Assembly (NCBI GenBank): GCA_950097015.1 | Contig: CATNEN010000029.1 | Coordinates: 7,750,001-7,814,000 of the forward strand | DNA length: 64,000 nucleotides | Reading direction: 5' to 3' | Origin: Macrostomum hystrix | Taxonomy: Eukaryota > Animalia > Platyhelminthes | Part shown: positions 1 to 11,600 of the stretch, in pieces | Position numbering within the stretch: position 1 is the first letter of the stretch | How the letters are laid out: each line of letters begins with the position of its first letter | The notes under the pieces: model-generated | What the model was told of the DNA's origin: nothing | What the model saw: the letters and a program-made list of their open reading frames with translations, nothing else | Database searches by the model: none | Position numbers and translations under genes: made by a program

Positions 1-754
1 CCAGTTCAAGACAAGGCTAATTCTCTCGCCTTGTGTGGGCTAGCCCAATCATGTCTCGGGCCAGAGAGTTGACAAGTTAAAGAAATTTTCTTCGCCGAAA
101 ACAATCATTGCCAAGTCTGTCATCAGGAAAGTGACCCAAAAAAGGGAAAATTTGAATGGACCAGAGCCTTGCCAATAATAAGTTGGCGAGGCTCGGATTA
201 GAGGGCCGCAGACAGGTAGCCACATTCGGAGCACCTGGGCCCCTCAGTCGGTGCTTGTCGGCAGCTACACTTATAATTCGCATTTTTGCTGCTTCGAAAG
301 AGAATAAATGAAGGAAGAGCAAATTAGGAAAATTTTAAATTGGAGGCCTGCGTCGAGAAGCTATTGATTTCTGAAACACACGGTGCTTGGTTCCCAGGTG
401 GCTAATGCTTCTGGCCCTACAAATAACAAGCAACTTGGATTACAGGAGAGGCACTGCAGCTTGGTGCGCTTGGCGACTGCTTCTCAGCCGCTGCTTTCTG
501 AAAAACTATCTTTTTCAAGCTCAACTGTTTGACGTGAAGAAACTCGCCAATCGGCCATGCCGAAATTCTTGAGACATTCTCAAAATGCGAAACTCCACTT
601 CAGGCTAGCCAAGTGTTTTGACTTTAAAGGACGTATTCCATTCGTTTCTTGTGGTAATTTTGATTTATTTTTAAATGAATTTTCTCTCTCGTCTTGTTTT
701 TCTTTTGAGGCTGTTTTGCAGCGCTAAACTATTGCACAAAAAGTTTTCGCTCAC

Positions 755-1434
755 CTGCGGCAGTCGATAGTACCTGGCCACGGCGGCCACCCACTCAGAC
801 TGCGAAGAGTACGTGGCACCGAAGATTAGCACCTTGTCCTTGTCCGGGTAGTAGCTGCGAACTAGGGCGTGAACTGCGCTGCCCGTGTTGTCCTGGAATT
901 GCGAACGGTACGGAACGGTACTGAACGGTACGGAACAGTACGGAACGGTACGGAACGGTACGGAACGGTACGGAACAGTACGGAACGGTACGGAACGGTA
1001 CGGAACGGTACGGAACGGTACGGAACGGTACGGAACGGTACGGAACGGTACGGAACGGTACGGAACGGTACGGAACGGTACGGAACGGTACGGAACGGTA
1101 CGGAACGGTACGGAACGGTACGGAACGGTACGGAACGGTACGGAACGGTACGGAACGGTACGGAACGGTACGGAACGGTAGGTGCTTCAAAGCTCACCCC
1201 ATCGGTGTACTGATAGTCCATTTGAAATCTAATTTTCGGAAACAAATCTGTCCTGCTGTGAACATAGTTCACGGAGTATTCAAGGTAGGCGATGTCGTTG
1301 CGAAAATTTGTGTCGTTTGAAATGATGCACAGCGCCTTGATCACTGCATTAGACTGGGCTGAGCAGCACACTGATAGGAGTAACAGCCAGTTGGCAAGTA
1401 ACTTATGACACCTGTCAGGCATGACTTGCTGCAT
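755..1434 (-). CDS. 5' exons of a receptor with an extracellular Venus-flytrap (ANF_receptor / periplasmic-binding type 1) domain; GABA-B-like class C GPCR or receptor guanylyl cyclase; gene continues past the left edge
   Basis: Exon A 1434-1198 reads MQQVMPDRCHKLLANWLLLLSVCCSAQS (signal-peptide-like) then NAVIKALCII...YLEYSVNYVHSRTDLFPKIRFQMDYQYTDG, ending at donor GGG|GTGAGC. Exon B 892-755 (acceptor aattccag|GAC, donor CAG|GTGAGC) reads DNTGSAVHALVRSYYPDKDKVLIFGATYSSQSEWVAAVARYYRLPQ. Both junctions are phase 0. The FG..S....VA..A.yy.lpQ pattern is typical of this fold. An extra acceptor lies at 1618. Confidence 0.75.
903..1180. repeat. 10-bp tandem array (CGGAACGGTA) x~28 filling the 305-nt intron of the flytrap receptor gene
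   Basis: Directly visible, near-perfect units; lies between donor 1197 and acceptor 893. Confidence 0.97.
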
Positions 1435-1651
1435 ACAGTTGCCGGCTGAAGATCGTCGAATGCTGCAAAGCAGGCTATTTATCCTATTTATGCACCACCT
1501 CAGATCCGCGCGGAGAGGACAAACCGAGTGACCAATGAGGTCGGAGCTCGAATCCAATGACTTCATCTCCCTTGAGACATTTGGACACAACACTCCATCG
1601 TGGGATTTTTCGCTCGGCTAAGGAATAAATTTAGTTCAGAAGCAAATATTT

Positions 1652-2030
1652 ATGTACTGAAGCACAGACCAATGTACTGAAGCACAGACCAATGTACTGA
1701 AGCACAGACCAATGTACTGAAGCACAGAACAATGTACTGAAGCACAGAACAATGTACTGAAGCACAGACCAATGTACTGAAGCACAGACCAATGTACTGA
1801 AGCACAGACCAATGTACTGAAGCACAGACCAATGTACTGAAGCACAGACCAATGTACTGAAGCACAGACCAATGTACTGAAGCACAGACCAATGTACTGA
1901 AGCACAGAACAATGTACTGAAGCACAGACCAATGTACTGAAGCACAGAACAATGTACTGAAGCACAGACCAATGTACTGAAGCACAGACCAATGTACTGA
2001 AGCACAGACCAATGTACTGAAGCACAGAAC
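1652..2030. repeat. 20-bp tandem array (AATGTACTGAAGCACAGACC) x~19
   Basis: Directly visible; C/A variant at one position. Confidence 0.97.
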
Positions 2031-3394
2031 GGCACTGCATACTATTGAACAATGGAGGAACAAAACCTGGACATATTTTTGCGAACGCAACTGCATCAAA
2101 GTGCCATGCAGTGAACTTTACTGCCGCACGAATGGAATTGACACCGAGTGGCAGAATAATTACACTGCACGAATCGAAAATTGACTGTAACTGCTGCGTT
2201 CAGAGGGCGTCAGAAGGCAACGTCTGCATAGCAACTGTTTGCAACGGCGAGCTTTCTAAACGTTTTCATCTTATCACAATTTTTTTCTTGAAATCCTAAA
2301 GTTCTAGTTCATTATTCTCTTTGAAGGAACATAATTAATTAGAAATAAGAAATTTTAGAAAAAAACTGTCTGCAAAACAACAAAGCCGTCAGCGCTTTAA
2401 GTAATTCTGTTTAATTTTCTGCCGTCTTATCGTTTTCGGCTCAGAACACGTGATGCTTTCACGATTCTAGAGAGAAGCTTAACTCGAGAAGGGCATTGGC
2501 AGGTTCTTTTCGTGACGTTGACGTGCGCTTTAAACTAAAACATCTGAGCTCACGCAACCTGCTGCACTACGCTAAATCAATGTAGTGACGTGTCCAAACT
2601 CGATCCCAAGGGATATCATATTGGGATATATATATATCACGCCACCCTCCTCACCACCCCCAAGCTTACTGGAACGTCGGGCCAATCAGAACGTGGCAGG
2701 CAAGGACCACTAGTAGTTAGCTTATCTACTTTAGTAGTTTTTGGTGGCAGGGTTCAGTTGTACACTACGCAGGGACGTCAAGTGCAGGTAGTGCAGGTAC
2801 ACTACGCAGACTTTCCATCACGAATCACGCACTTGCTGCGTGATTTCTCCCGTATATAACCCAATGATTTTTCCTCCCAAAAAGTCAGCCCTTCGTCCAC
2901 GTCGGGACACCTTCGGCATCCTTGTCTGCAACCTTGCATTTTGGGCTCCCTGTTCCCCTAATCCCCCTGCTATTTCCCCTGCTACTCTTCCCCATAAACG
3001 ATCTTACCCCCCCTTCCCGAAAGCAATCCCATACGTTGAATCCCCAATCCCTGGTGTATTAAAATCCCCATCCCCGTTTGCTGCCTTTGACCACATTGGG
3101 CTAGCACTGTTCCCACCATAATTTCTCTGCATCAAAAAACCATTGCTAGTGTGAAGCTACTGCTCGTGGGAAAACTATTCGCAGCTGCGATGTTGCGAAA
3201 TAGCTAAAACTGCTCATTTAAGCATGAAGGTTAGTGAGTAGAAGAGGGGTGCATGTCATGGCGATCCGAGAGGAGGTTGTTTGAGGTTAAATTATAGTAG
3301 ATTATGTAATAATGTAGCTCAAATATAAATACTATTATTGTATTTAATAATAGTAGTACTGATTGCACACGGAGCCGTATTGATAAAAGGCTAG

Positions 3395-3430
3395 GCATTC
3401 ACCGCGGCGAAGCGCGGCACAGACCTTGTA
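3395..3430. mobile_element. Possible Helitron/Helentron-type terminus (GC hairpin followed by CTTGT)
   Basis: CCGCG-GCGAAG-CGCGG hairpin at 3402-3417 followed by CTTGT at 3425-3429. The other end was not found. Confidence 0.3.
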
Positions 3431-5697
3431 AGGAAGGAATTGTATGAGAATCTTTATATTTTAAATTTAGCGAATTCCTCATCCCCAGCTCGAGTAGGAG
3501 CGTCGTGAAGTACAAAAGCAAAAGACCTTGCTTCCAGCACTGACGAGGACACCCAGTAATTGCACTCTGCATAGAGTCCTTCTAGCGGCCGTAAATAACT
3601 CTCCATTTCTGGCCTAAAAACTAGTGGTCAACCGGGGGCCTATAGTGCCTCTTTAAGTTTTAGCTATGGAGTGTAGAACAAGGACCACTGTAGTATAACT
3701 AAAATTTTACTCATTTTTTAATATAACTAAGTAAAGTTAGTAAGTTAGTAAAGTTATACTCTATACAGTGGTACTCTAATTAGTCCCTACCCGAAAACTC
3801 CCTGGATAAAATTGGAGCAGACAATCGGAACTGGCCAATCGGACCACAACTCAGGAACCAACTATTAATACTCGTGTATTCTAGATGTCCTTGGTTCCAA
3901 TGGGGAATTAAGGCCTGATCCTTCCACATTGGGATCAGCACCGTGGGACTTCCAGCGCTCGCATGTGGAGCTATCGGCGGGTGTCATTAGTAGCAAAAAA
4001 GAATTTGCTATTCCTAAGGCTATATACTAGTTATACTTATACTAGTTATTCAGCAGATGGTCCTTGGCTATTCCATGACTACATGGAATGGCTCCATCAT
4101 GATTTGGAATGTCGTTTTTATGTTCATTATGGACTACGGATAAGGAAGAAAACTAAATAGAAAAAATCAATAACCGATTTAATATGATTATAAAAGTCTA
4201 TATAATGGCTTTAACCCACTCACGAAAACAATGTGCAGTTTGTTTTATGCAGAAGCGAGTAAATTCAATTGGTAAAAACTATCCATTTTTCGTAGAAACT
4301 TATGGCTACAGTATTAAGGACTAAGTAGGCTCCTTATCACGAGCTACAAGCCTATGGGATATAAGAGTTTGCAAGTGTAGAAAAGTATAAAAAGAGGACT
4401 AATTTAAAACTAATTTATTTGCTTTTGTAATAACAAGTTTAACACGAAAATGACCCACTTTCGAGCTACTTTTCGAACTACACAAATAGTATTCAACGAA
4501 CCCCACTGAAATAATCTTTCATAGCCTGAAGCCTAGTATCAAGCGAATTAAATCATTAAGATTGGCTGTATAAGTTGCCAAATCGTAGCCATGGTTTTGG
4601 TTTTGGTGGGGAGAAATTGAATTTTTGGTTAAAGCCTATTATTTTCCTTGCAATAATCTAAATCATACAACTTTTTCGTTAGTATTATACAATAAATATT
4701 TAGAAAGTTTTAAACCATTTAAACCATTTATGGAACTTTCAGGTGGAACATGTCCCTAATTTAACATTTGAGCCCATCAAAGCTTGATGTCCTGGGGTAA
4801 AATAAGCTCAGAGTAAAACATGTTTGATAGCTTGCTATGCTTATTAAATGGCTAACTGAATTAAATCATCTTGTAGGAAGTTGATTTATTTTGCTACTTG
4901 TTGCATATGTTTTCGATAGATACCAAAGAGTATTGGTATTTTCGGTTGTCCAGTGTATTTTTATGTCATTTTTGTAAAAAATAACTTTTGCATTTGTATA
5001 GTTTTTTAAATCAAGTCATGGTTTTATTTTGATTGCAATTACATATTTAATTGTATTTACTTTTATAAAAAATAGTATGTTTGCTATATTATTGTAATTA
5101 TTTGTTTGGGATAACATCTTAATGTTTCAAATGTCTAATTTAGCACATTATTTTTAATTACATACACTTTTCAGACTTAAAGTATTTTTATTTATACTGT
5201 GTATTTATTGCCCCATAAAAATATTTATAAATAATTTTAAATCAACTGCTCTCATATCAGCTTTGAGTCAAATAATTTGTATTGCTCATGAAGAAAGAGG
5301 CCTTAGTTTTTAGCAGTTGTTTTGATCTACAATTACAGCTATTTTGTTAGTGATTCCTAATTGAAAAGAGTTAGTTTTTTTGTATGTGTGTAGGCAAGTC
5401 AGATAAGGTTAGATTTTTTGCTGGAACTTTTTTCAGTGGATATTCTGTGTTTGGCTTAAGACTTTTGTAATATTTGCAAAAAATGTTTAAATCATAAAAT
5501 CATATTCTCAATCTGCAGATTTGAAACAAAGCTAGGCTTTAGAACACAAGGAAAGTTTTCTTCCGGGCATGCCCAAAATGCAGAAGCATCAGCGATGCCT
5601 TGAACATACCCCGCAGTGAAGTAACAGTTGGTTATTCATTACATTTGGTATTTCAAATGCGAAACTGTGCCACTGCCACCAAGCGCCAACTAAACCA

Positions 5698-8600
5698 ATG
5701 AAGGTGACTGTTAGCTTTGGTGCCACTAAGCTTGTGGTGCCCTGCGGCAGTGGCGAGCTAACCATAAGAGACTTGGTTGCCATGGCAACTAGCCGTTTCA
5801 AATCAAACTCGGCGGCTGCAGCAGCGTCCGCGGCTTCGTCGCCTTTCACGGTGACTTGCGTCACACTGGCAAGGGATGGCGGCATTCTGGACTGGGACGA
5901 CCGAGTCGCCGATGTTGTTGACGATCGCGAAATGGTGAGATTGGCTTTTGGGTACTCAGAAGAATCTCGCCTGTCTGTTTAGGACATTCAGAAGAATCTC
6001 ACCTGTCTGTTTAGGACATTCAGAAGAATCCCACCTGTCTGTTTAGGACATTCAGAAGAATCTCACCTGTCTGTTTAGGACATTCAGAAGAATCCCACCT
6101 GTCTGTTTTTAGAGATTTAGAAGAATCTCAACTGTTGTTTGGGATATTTGGACGAATCTCACCTGTTCGTTTAGGATATTGGGAAGAGTCTTACCTTGCT
6201 ATTTATGATATTTGGATGAATCTCACCTGTCTGTTTAGGATATTGTGAAAATCTCTGTTTAGGACATCGGGAAAAATCTCACCTGTCTGTTTAGGACATA
6301 CAGACGAATGTCACCTGCCTCATCATGGCATCTCCAGCCCTCGCCACCTCCCTTGTTGCACAGCTGATCGCACTGACTCGCCCAGCTTCTTCAACCGAGA
6401 CGTCAGCAGCAGACGAAGCCGACGCAGATTATTTTATCAATCAGCAGCAGCTGCTGCACCAGCATCCGTCGCTGCTGCCGCCGCCGCCGCCAGACTTTCT
6501 GCCCGCCCTCAGCACCCTGCCTGAGTCCGAGGACGACGGCGAGCGATACGATTCGCCGCCAGGCGAGGCTGACACCGAAGCCAATCAGATTGAATCTGGC
6601 ATTGATGAAGCATCCAGCATCTTGATCTCCATAGCCATCGAGCCGTCGCTAGATACTACTAGAAACGCGGCCGGCGTTACCGCTAAGCCGTTTCTGGACT
6701 GCAGCCAGCGGTCTGCGGGCCTGGAGATCCAGGCACTGAATCCCAACGGCCCAGTGGCTCGGGACGGCCGATTAAAACCAGGCGATCGAATCCTGGAGAT
6801 CAATGGTAACTCGTTGCTAGGCGTGTCATTTCAAAGGTGAGTGGAACTGCAAATTATCATATCCCTATTGCGTGCTCATTTTCATATATTTTTTATAAGA
6901 ATCCGCAATATGTAATCTTCAGAGCACAAGAAATTATTCGAGAGGCTGTTCGCGAAATGCGCTTAGATTTGCGCATAATTAAACAGCAAGAACAGCAGCA
7001 GCAGCAGCAGCAGCCGCAGCCGCAGCCGCAGCCATTTTGTCGAAATCTTGACGAGATTGCTCGCGCACACACTCAAGCTCTAATGCAGCAGCAGCAGCAG
7101 CATCATCATCAGCAACAGCCAGGCATCTCTGAACGATCTGATTCGCCATTGTTATTTCCGCCACCGCCTCCGCCTCCTCCTCCGCCTCCTCCACCTCCAC
7201 CGCCGTCGCCGCCGCCCCCTCTCGAACTGAAGTCTCCCACGTCGCCAAAGTCTCCGCCTCTATCGCATTCGCCTTCGCCTTCGCCGCCTCCGCCGCCGGT
7301 GATGGCTCGACTGAGGAAACCGCCAGCTCTGGCTACAATGGCCTCCGTTGAAGCTGCCAATTCATCCACTGCAGCCGCCGTCTCCTCCGACTCCGATGCA
7401 CACATTTTTACCATAGACATACGCAAATCATCCGACGGCCTGGGCTTCTCAGTCACAGCCAGGGAGGGCTCGCCTTCAGCTGCGGCTTCTAGTAACGGTA
7501 TCTATGTGAAAAATGTGCTCAACAAAGGCTCGGCTGTGCGAGACGGCAGGCTGAAAGCTGGCGACCGACTGCTGGAGGTGGACGGCTTCCTGCTGACCGG
7601 ACAAAGTCAGGCCGATGCTGTCAGTCTGCTGCGCGCTATACCAGTTGGGGCCACGGTGAAAATACTGGTGTCACGTCATGGTGACCCACCGCCACCACCG
7701 CCCAGCTTGCAACAGCTGCCGCCACCAACACCACGGAATCATGTTGGTCACGGACACGAGGTTAGCTGAGATCTGCTATTTGCATTGTACCTAAGATTTA
7801 TTCAAGTCTGCCTTCAATTTTTCTTCTATTTATTCCTCCTGATCTATCACAACTGATCCTTCAGTTTATCCCAAACTGATCCTTCAGTTTATCCCAAACT
7901 GATCCTTCAGTTTATCCCAAACTGATCCTTCAGTTTATCCCAAAGTGATCCTTCAGTTTATCCCAAACTGATCCTTCAGTTTATCCCAAACTGATCCTTC
8001 AGTTTATCTCTTCTGATCCTTCAGTTTATCTCTTCTGATCCTTCAGTTTATCCCTTCTGATCCTTCAGTTTATCCCAAACTGATCCTTCAGTTTATCCCA
8101 AACTGATCCTTCAGTTTATCCCAAACTGATCCTTCAGTTTATCCCAAACTGATCCTTCAGTTTATCCCAAACTGATCCTTCAGTTTATCCCAAACTGATC
8201 CTTCAGTTTATCCCAAACTGATCCTTCAGTTTATCCCAAACTGATCCTTCAGTTTATCCCAAACTGATCCTTCAGTTTATCCCAAACTGATCCTTCAGTT
8301 TATCCCAAACTGATCCTTCAGTTTATCCCAAACTGATCCTTCAGTTTATCCCAAACTGATCCTTCAGTTTATCCCAAACTGATCCTTCAGTTTATCCCAA
8401 ACTGATCCTTCAGTTTATCCCAAACTGATCCTTCAGTTTATCCCAAACTGATCCTTCAGTTTATCTCTTCTGATCCTTCAGTTTATCTCTTCTGATCCTT
8501 CAGTTTATCCCTTCTGATCCTTCAGTTTATCCCAAACTGATCCTTCAGTTTATCCCAAACTGATCCTTCAGTTTATCCCAAACTGATCCTTCAGTTTATC

Positions 8601-11600
8601 CCAAACTGATCCTTCAGTTTATCCCAAACTGATCCTTCAGTTTATCCCAAACTGATCCTTCAGTTTATCCCAAACTGATCCTTCAGTTTATCCCAAACTG
8701 ATCCTTCAGTTTATCCCAAACTGATCCTTCAGTTTATCCCAAACTGATCCTTCAGTTTATCCCTACTGATCCTTCAGTTTATCCCAAACTGATCCTTCAG
8801 TTTATCCTACTGATCCTTCAGTTTATCCCTACTGATCCTTCGTTTTATCCGTGCTGATCCTCTCGGTCACCATTATTCTCCTAAATTTCTAGTCCATTTT
8901 CCTGGTTGGTTTTTGTGGACCAGTCAAGCGGCGGAGTCATTGTCAGTCATTGCTTGAGCTGTCCGGATGCTTGACTGGTGTGAGTCAGTGGGCTTGTGCT
9001 CAAAGCCAGGACAGTTGCTGTACACGTGTATCAGATGGGCACGCAATCGTTCAAGGCCACTTGGAGCAGTAGATATTTCAGCTGTTAGCTGGGGCACGTC
9101 ACGGCAGTCAGGAACAAGAATAGAATGACATGCTTGGAGTTCAAAAGCTTACGGGAGTCCTGACTGACCTGCGGCATTAAAGAAAATATTGAAACCACTC
9201 TGCTTTGAAGTCGTGACTATAAAATAGTCAAGTACGAGTTAGCTGCTTGACAGTTTTACTAATTATTGATTTGAACTCTTAATTTAATAACTAATCCAAC
9301 TATTGTTAGCCAGATGAAGCAAAGTGGATTGCTAATCCAACTATTGTTAGCCAGATGAAGCAAAGTGGATTGCTAATCCAACTATTGTTAGCCAGATGAA
9401 GCAAAGTGGATTGCTAATCCAACTATTGTTAGCCAGATGAAGCAAAGTGGATTGCTAATCCAACTATTGTAAGCTAGATGAAGCAAAGTGGATTGCTAAT
9501 CCAACTATTGTTAGCCAGATGAAGCAAAGTGGATTGCTAATCCAACTATTGTTAGCCAGATGAAGCAAAGTGGATTGCTAATCCAACTATTGTTAGCCAG
9601 ATGAAGCAAAGTGGATTGCTAATCCAACTATTGTAAGCTAGATGAAGCAAAGTGGATTGCTAATCCAACTATTGTAAGCCAGATGAAGCAAAGTGGATTG
9701 CTAATCCAACTATTGTTAGCTAGATGAAGCAAAGTGGATTGCTAATCCAACTATTGTAAGCTAGATGAAGCAAAGTGGATTGCCAATCCAACTATTGCAA
9801 GCTAGATGAAGCAAAGTGGATTGCTAATCCAACTATTGTTAGCTAGATGAAGCAAAGTGGATTGCTAATCCAACTATTGTAAGCTAGATGAAGCAAAGTG
9901 GATTGCTAATCCAACTATTGTTAGCTAGATGAAGCAAAGTGGATTGCTAATCCAACTATTGTAAGCTAGATGAAGCAAAGTGGATTGCCAATCCAACTAT
10001 TGCAAGCTAGATGAAGCAAAGTGGATTGCTAATCCAACTATTGTTAGCTAGATGAAGCAAAGTGGATTGCTAATCCAACTATTGCAAGCCAGATGAAGCA
10101 AAGTGGATTGCTAATCCAACTATTGTTAGCTAGATGAAGCAAAGTGGATTGCTAATCCAACTATTGTTAGCTAGATGAAGCAAAGTGGATTGCTAATCCA
10201 ACTATTGTAAGCTAGATGAAGCAAAGTGGATTGCTAATCCAACTATTGTAAGCTAGATGAAGCAAAGTGGATTGCTAATCCAACTATTGTTAGCTAGATG
10301 AAGCAAAGTGGATTGCTAATCCAACTATTGTAAGCTAGATGAAGCAAAGTGGATTGCTAATCCAACTATTGTAAGCTAGATGAAGCAAAGTGGATTGCTA
10401 ATCCAACTATTGTAAGCTAGATGAAGCAAAGTGGATTGCTAATCCAACTATTGTAAGCTAGATGAAGCAAAGTGGATTGCTAATCCAACTATTGTAAGCT
10501 AGATGAAGCAAAGTGGATTGCTAATCCAACTATTGTAAGCTAGATGAAGCAAAGTGGATTGCCAATCCAACTATTGCAAGCTAGATGAAGCAAAGTGGAT
10601 TGCTAATCCAACTATTGTAAGCTAGATGAAGCAAAGTGGATTGCCAATCCAACTATTGCAAGCTAGATGAAGCAAAGTGGATTGCTAATCCAACTATTGT
10701 AAGCTAGATGAAGCAAAGTGGATTGCTAATCCAACTATTGTAAGCTAGATGAAGCAAAGTGGATTGCTAATCCAACTATTGTAAGCTAGATGAAGCAAAG
10801 TGGATTGCCAATCCAACTATTGTAAGCTAGATGAAGCAAAGTGGATTGCTAATCCAACTATTGTAAGCTAGATTAAGCAAAGTGGATTGCTAATCCAACT
10901 ATTGTAAGCTAGATGAAGCAAAGTGGATTGCTAATCCAACTATTGTAAGCTAGATGAAGCAAAGTGGATTGCCAATCCAACTATTGTAAGCTAGATGAAG
11001 CAAAGTGGATTGCTAATCCAACTATTGTAAGCTAGATGAAGCAAAGTGGATTGCTAATCCAACTATTGTTAGCTAGATGAAGCAAAGTGAATTGCTAATC
11101 TGGCAAGTCGTGCCATTTGTCAGATTGGGTTCTCAGATCCTCAGATTGGGTTCTCAGATCCTTAGATTGGGTTCTCGAATCCTCAGATTGGGTTCTCAGA
11201 TCCTCAGATTGGGTTCTCAGATCCTCAGATCCTCAGATTGGGTTCTCAGATCCTCAGATCCTCAGATTGGGTTCTCAGATCCTCAGATCCTCAGATTGGG
11301 TTCTCAGATCCTCAGATCCTCAGATTGGGTTCTCAGATCCTCAGATCCTCAGATTGGGTTCTCAGATCCTCAGATCCTCAGATTAGGTTCTCAGATCCTC
11401 AGATTGGGTTCTCATATTCTTAGATTGGGTTCTCAGATCCTCAGATTGGGTTCTCAGATCCTCAGATTGGGTTCTCAGATCCTCAGATTGGGTTCTCAGA
11501 TCCTCAGATTGGGTTCTCAGATCCTCAGATTGGGTTCTCAGATCCTCAGATTGGGTTCTCAGATCCTCAGATTGGGTTCTCAGATCCTCAGATCCTCAGA

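Noticed and set aside
795-2099. VPYRS/GTERY and CFSTLV repeat ORFs
   Set aside because: Translations of the 10-bp and 20-bp arrays; only the non-repeat part of 862..1593 is considered exon.
3535-3600. Hammerhead ribozyme candidates (CTGACGAG at about 3540; CTGAAGA-GCCCA/TGGGC at about 58488)
   Set aside because: The required GAAA after stem II is absent, and stems I and III could not be formed.
4208-4800. piggyBac-like TTAA-CCC start
   Set aside because: No matching GGG-TTAA inverted end was found.
9289-11101. CRISPR-like appearance of the 41-, 37- and 43-bp arrays
   Set aside because: Units are contiguous with no unique spacers, there are no cas genes, and the context is eukaryotic introns and intergenic DNA.
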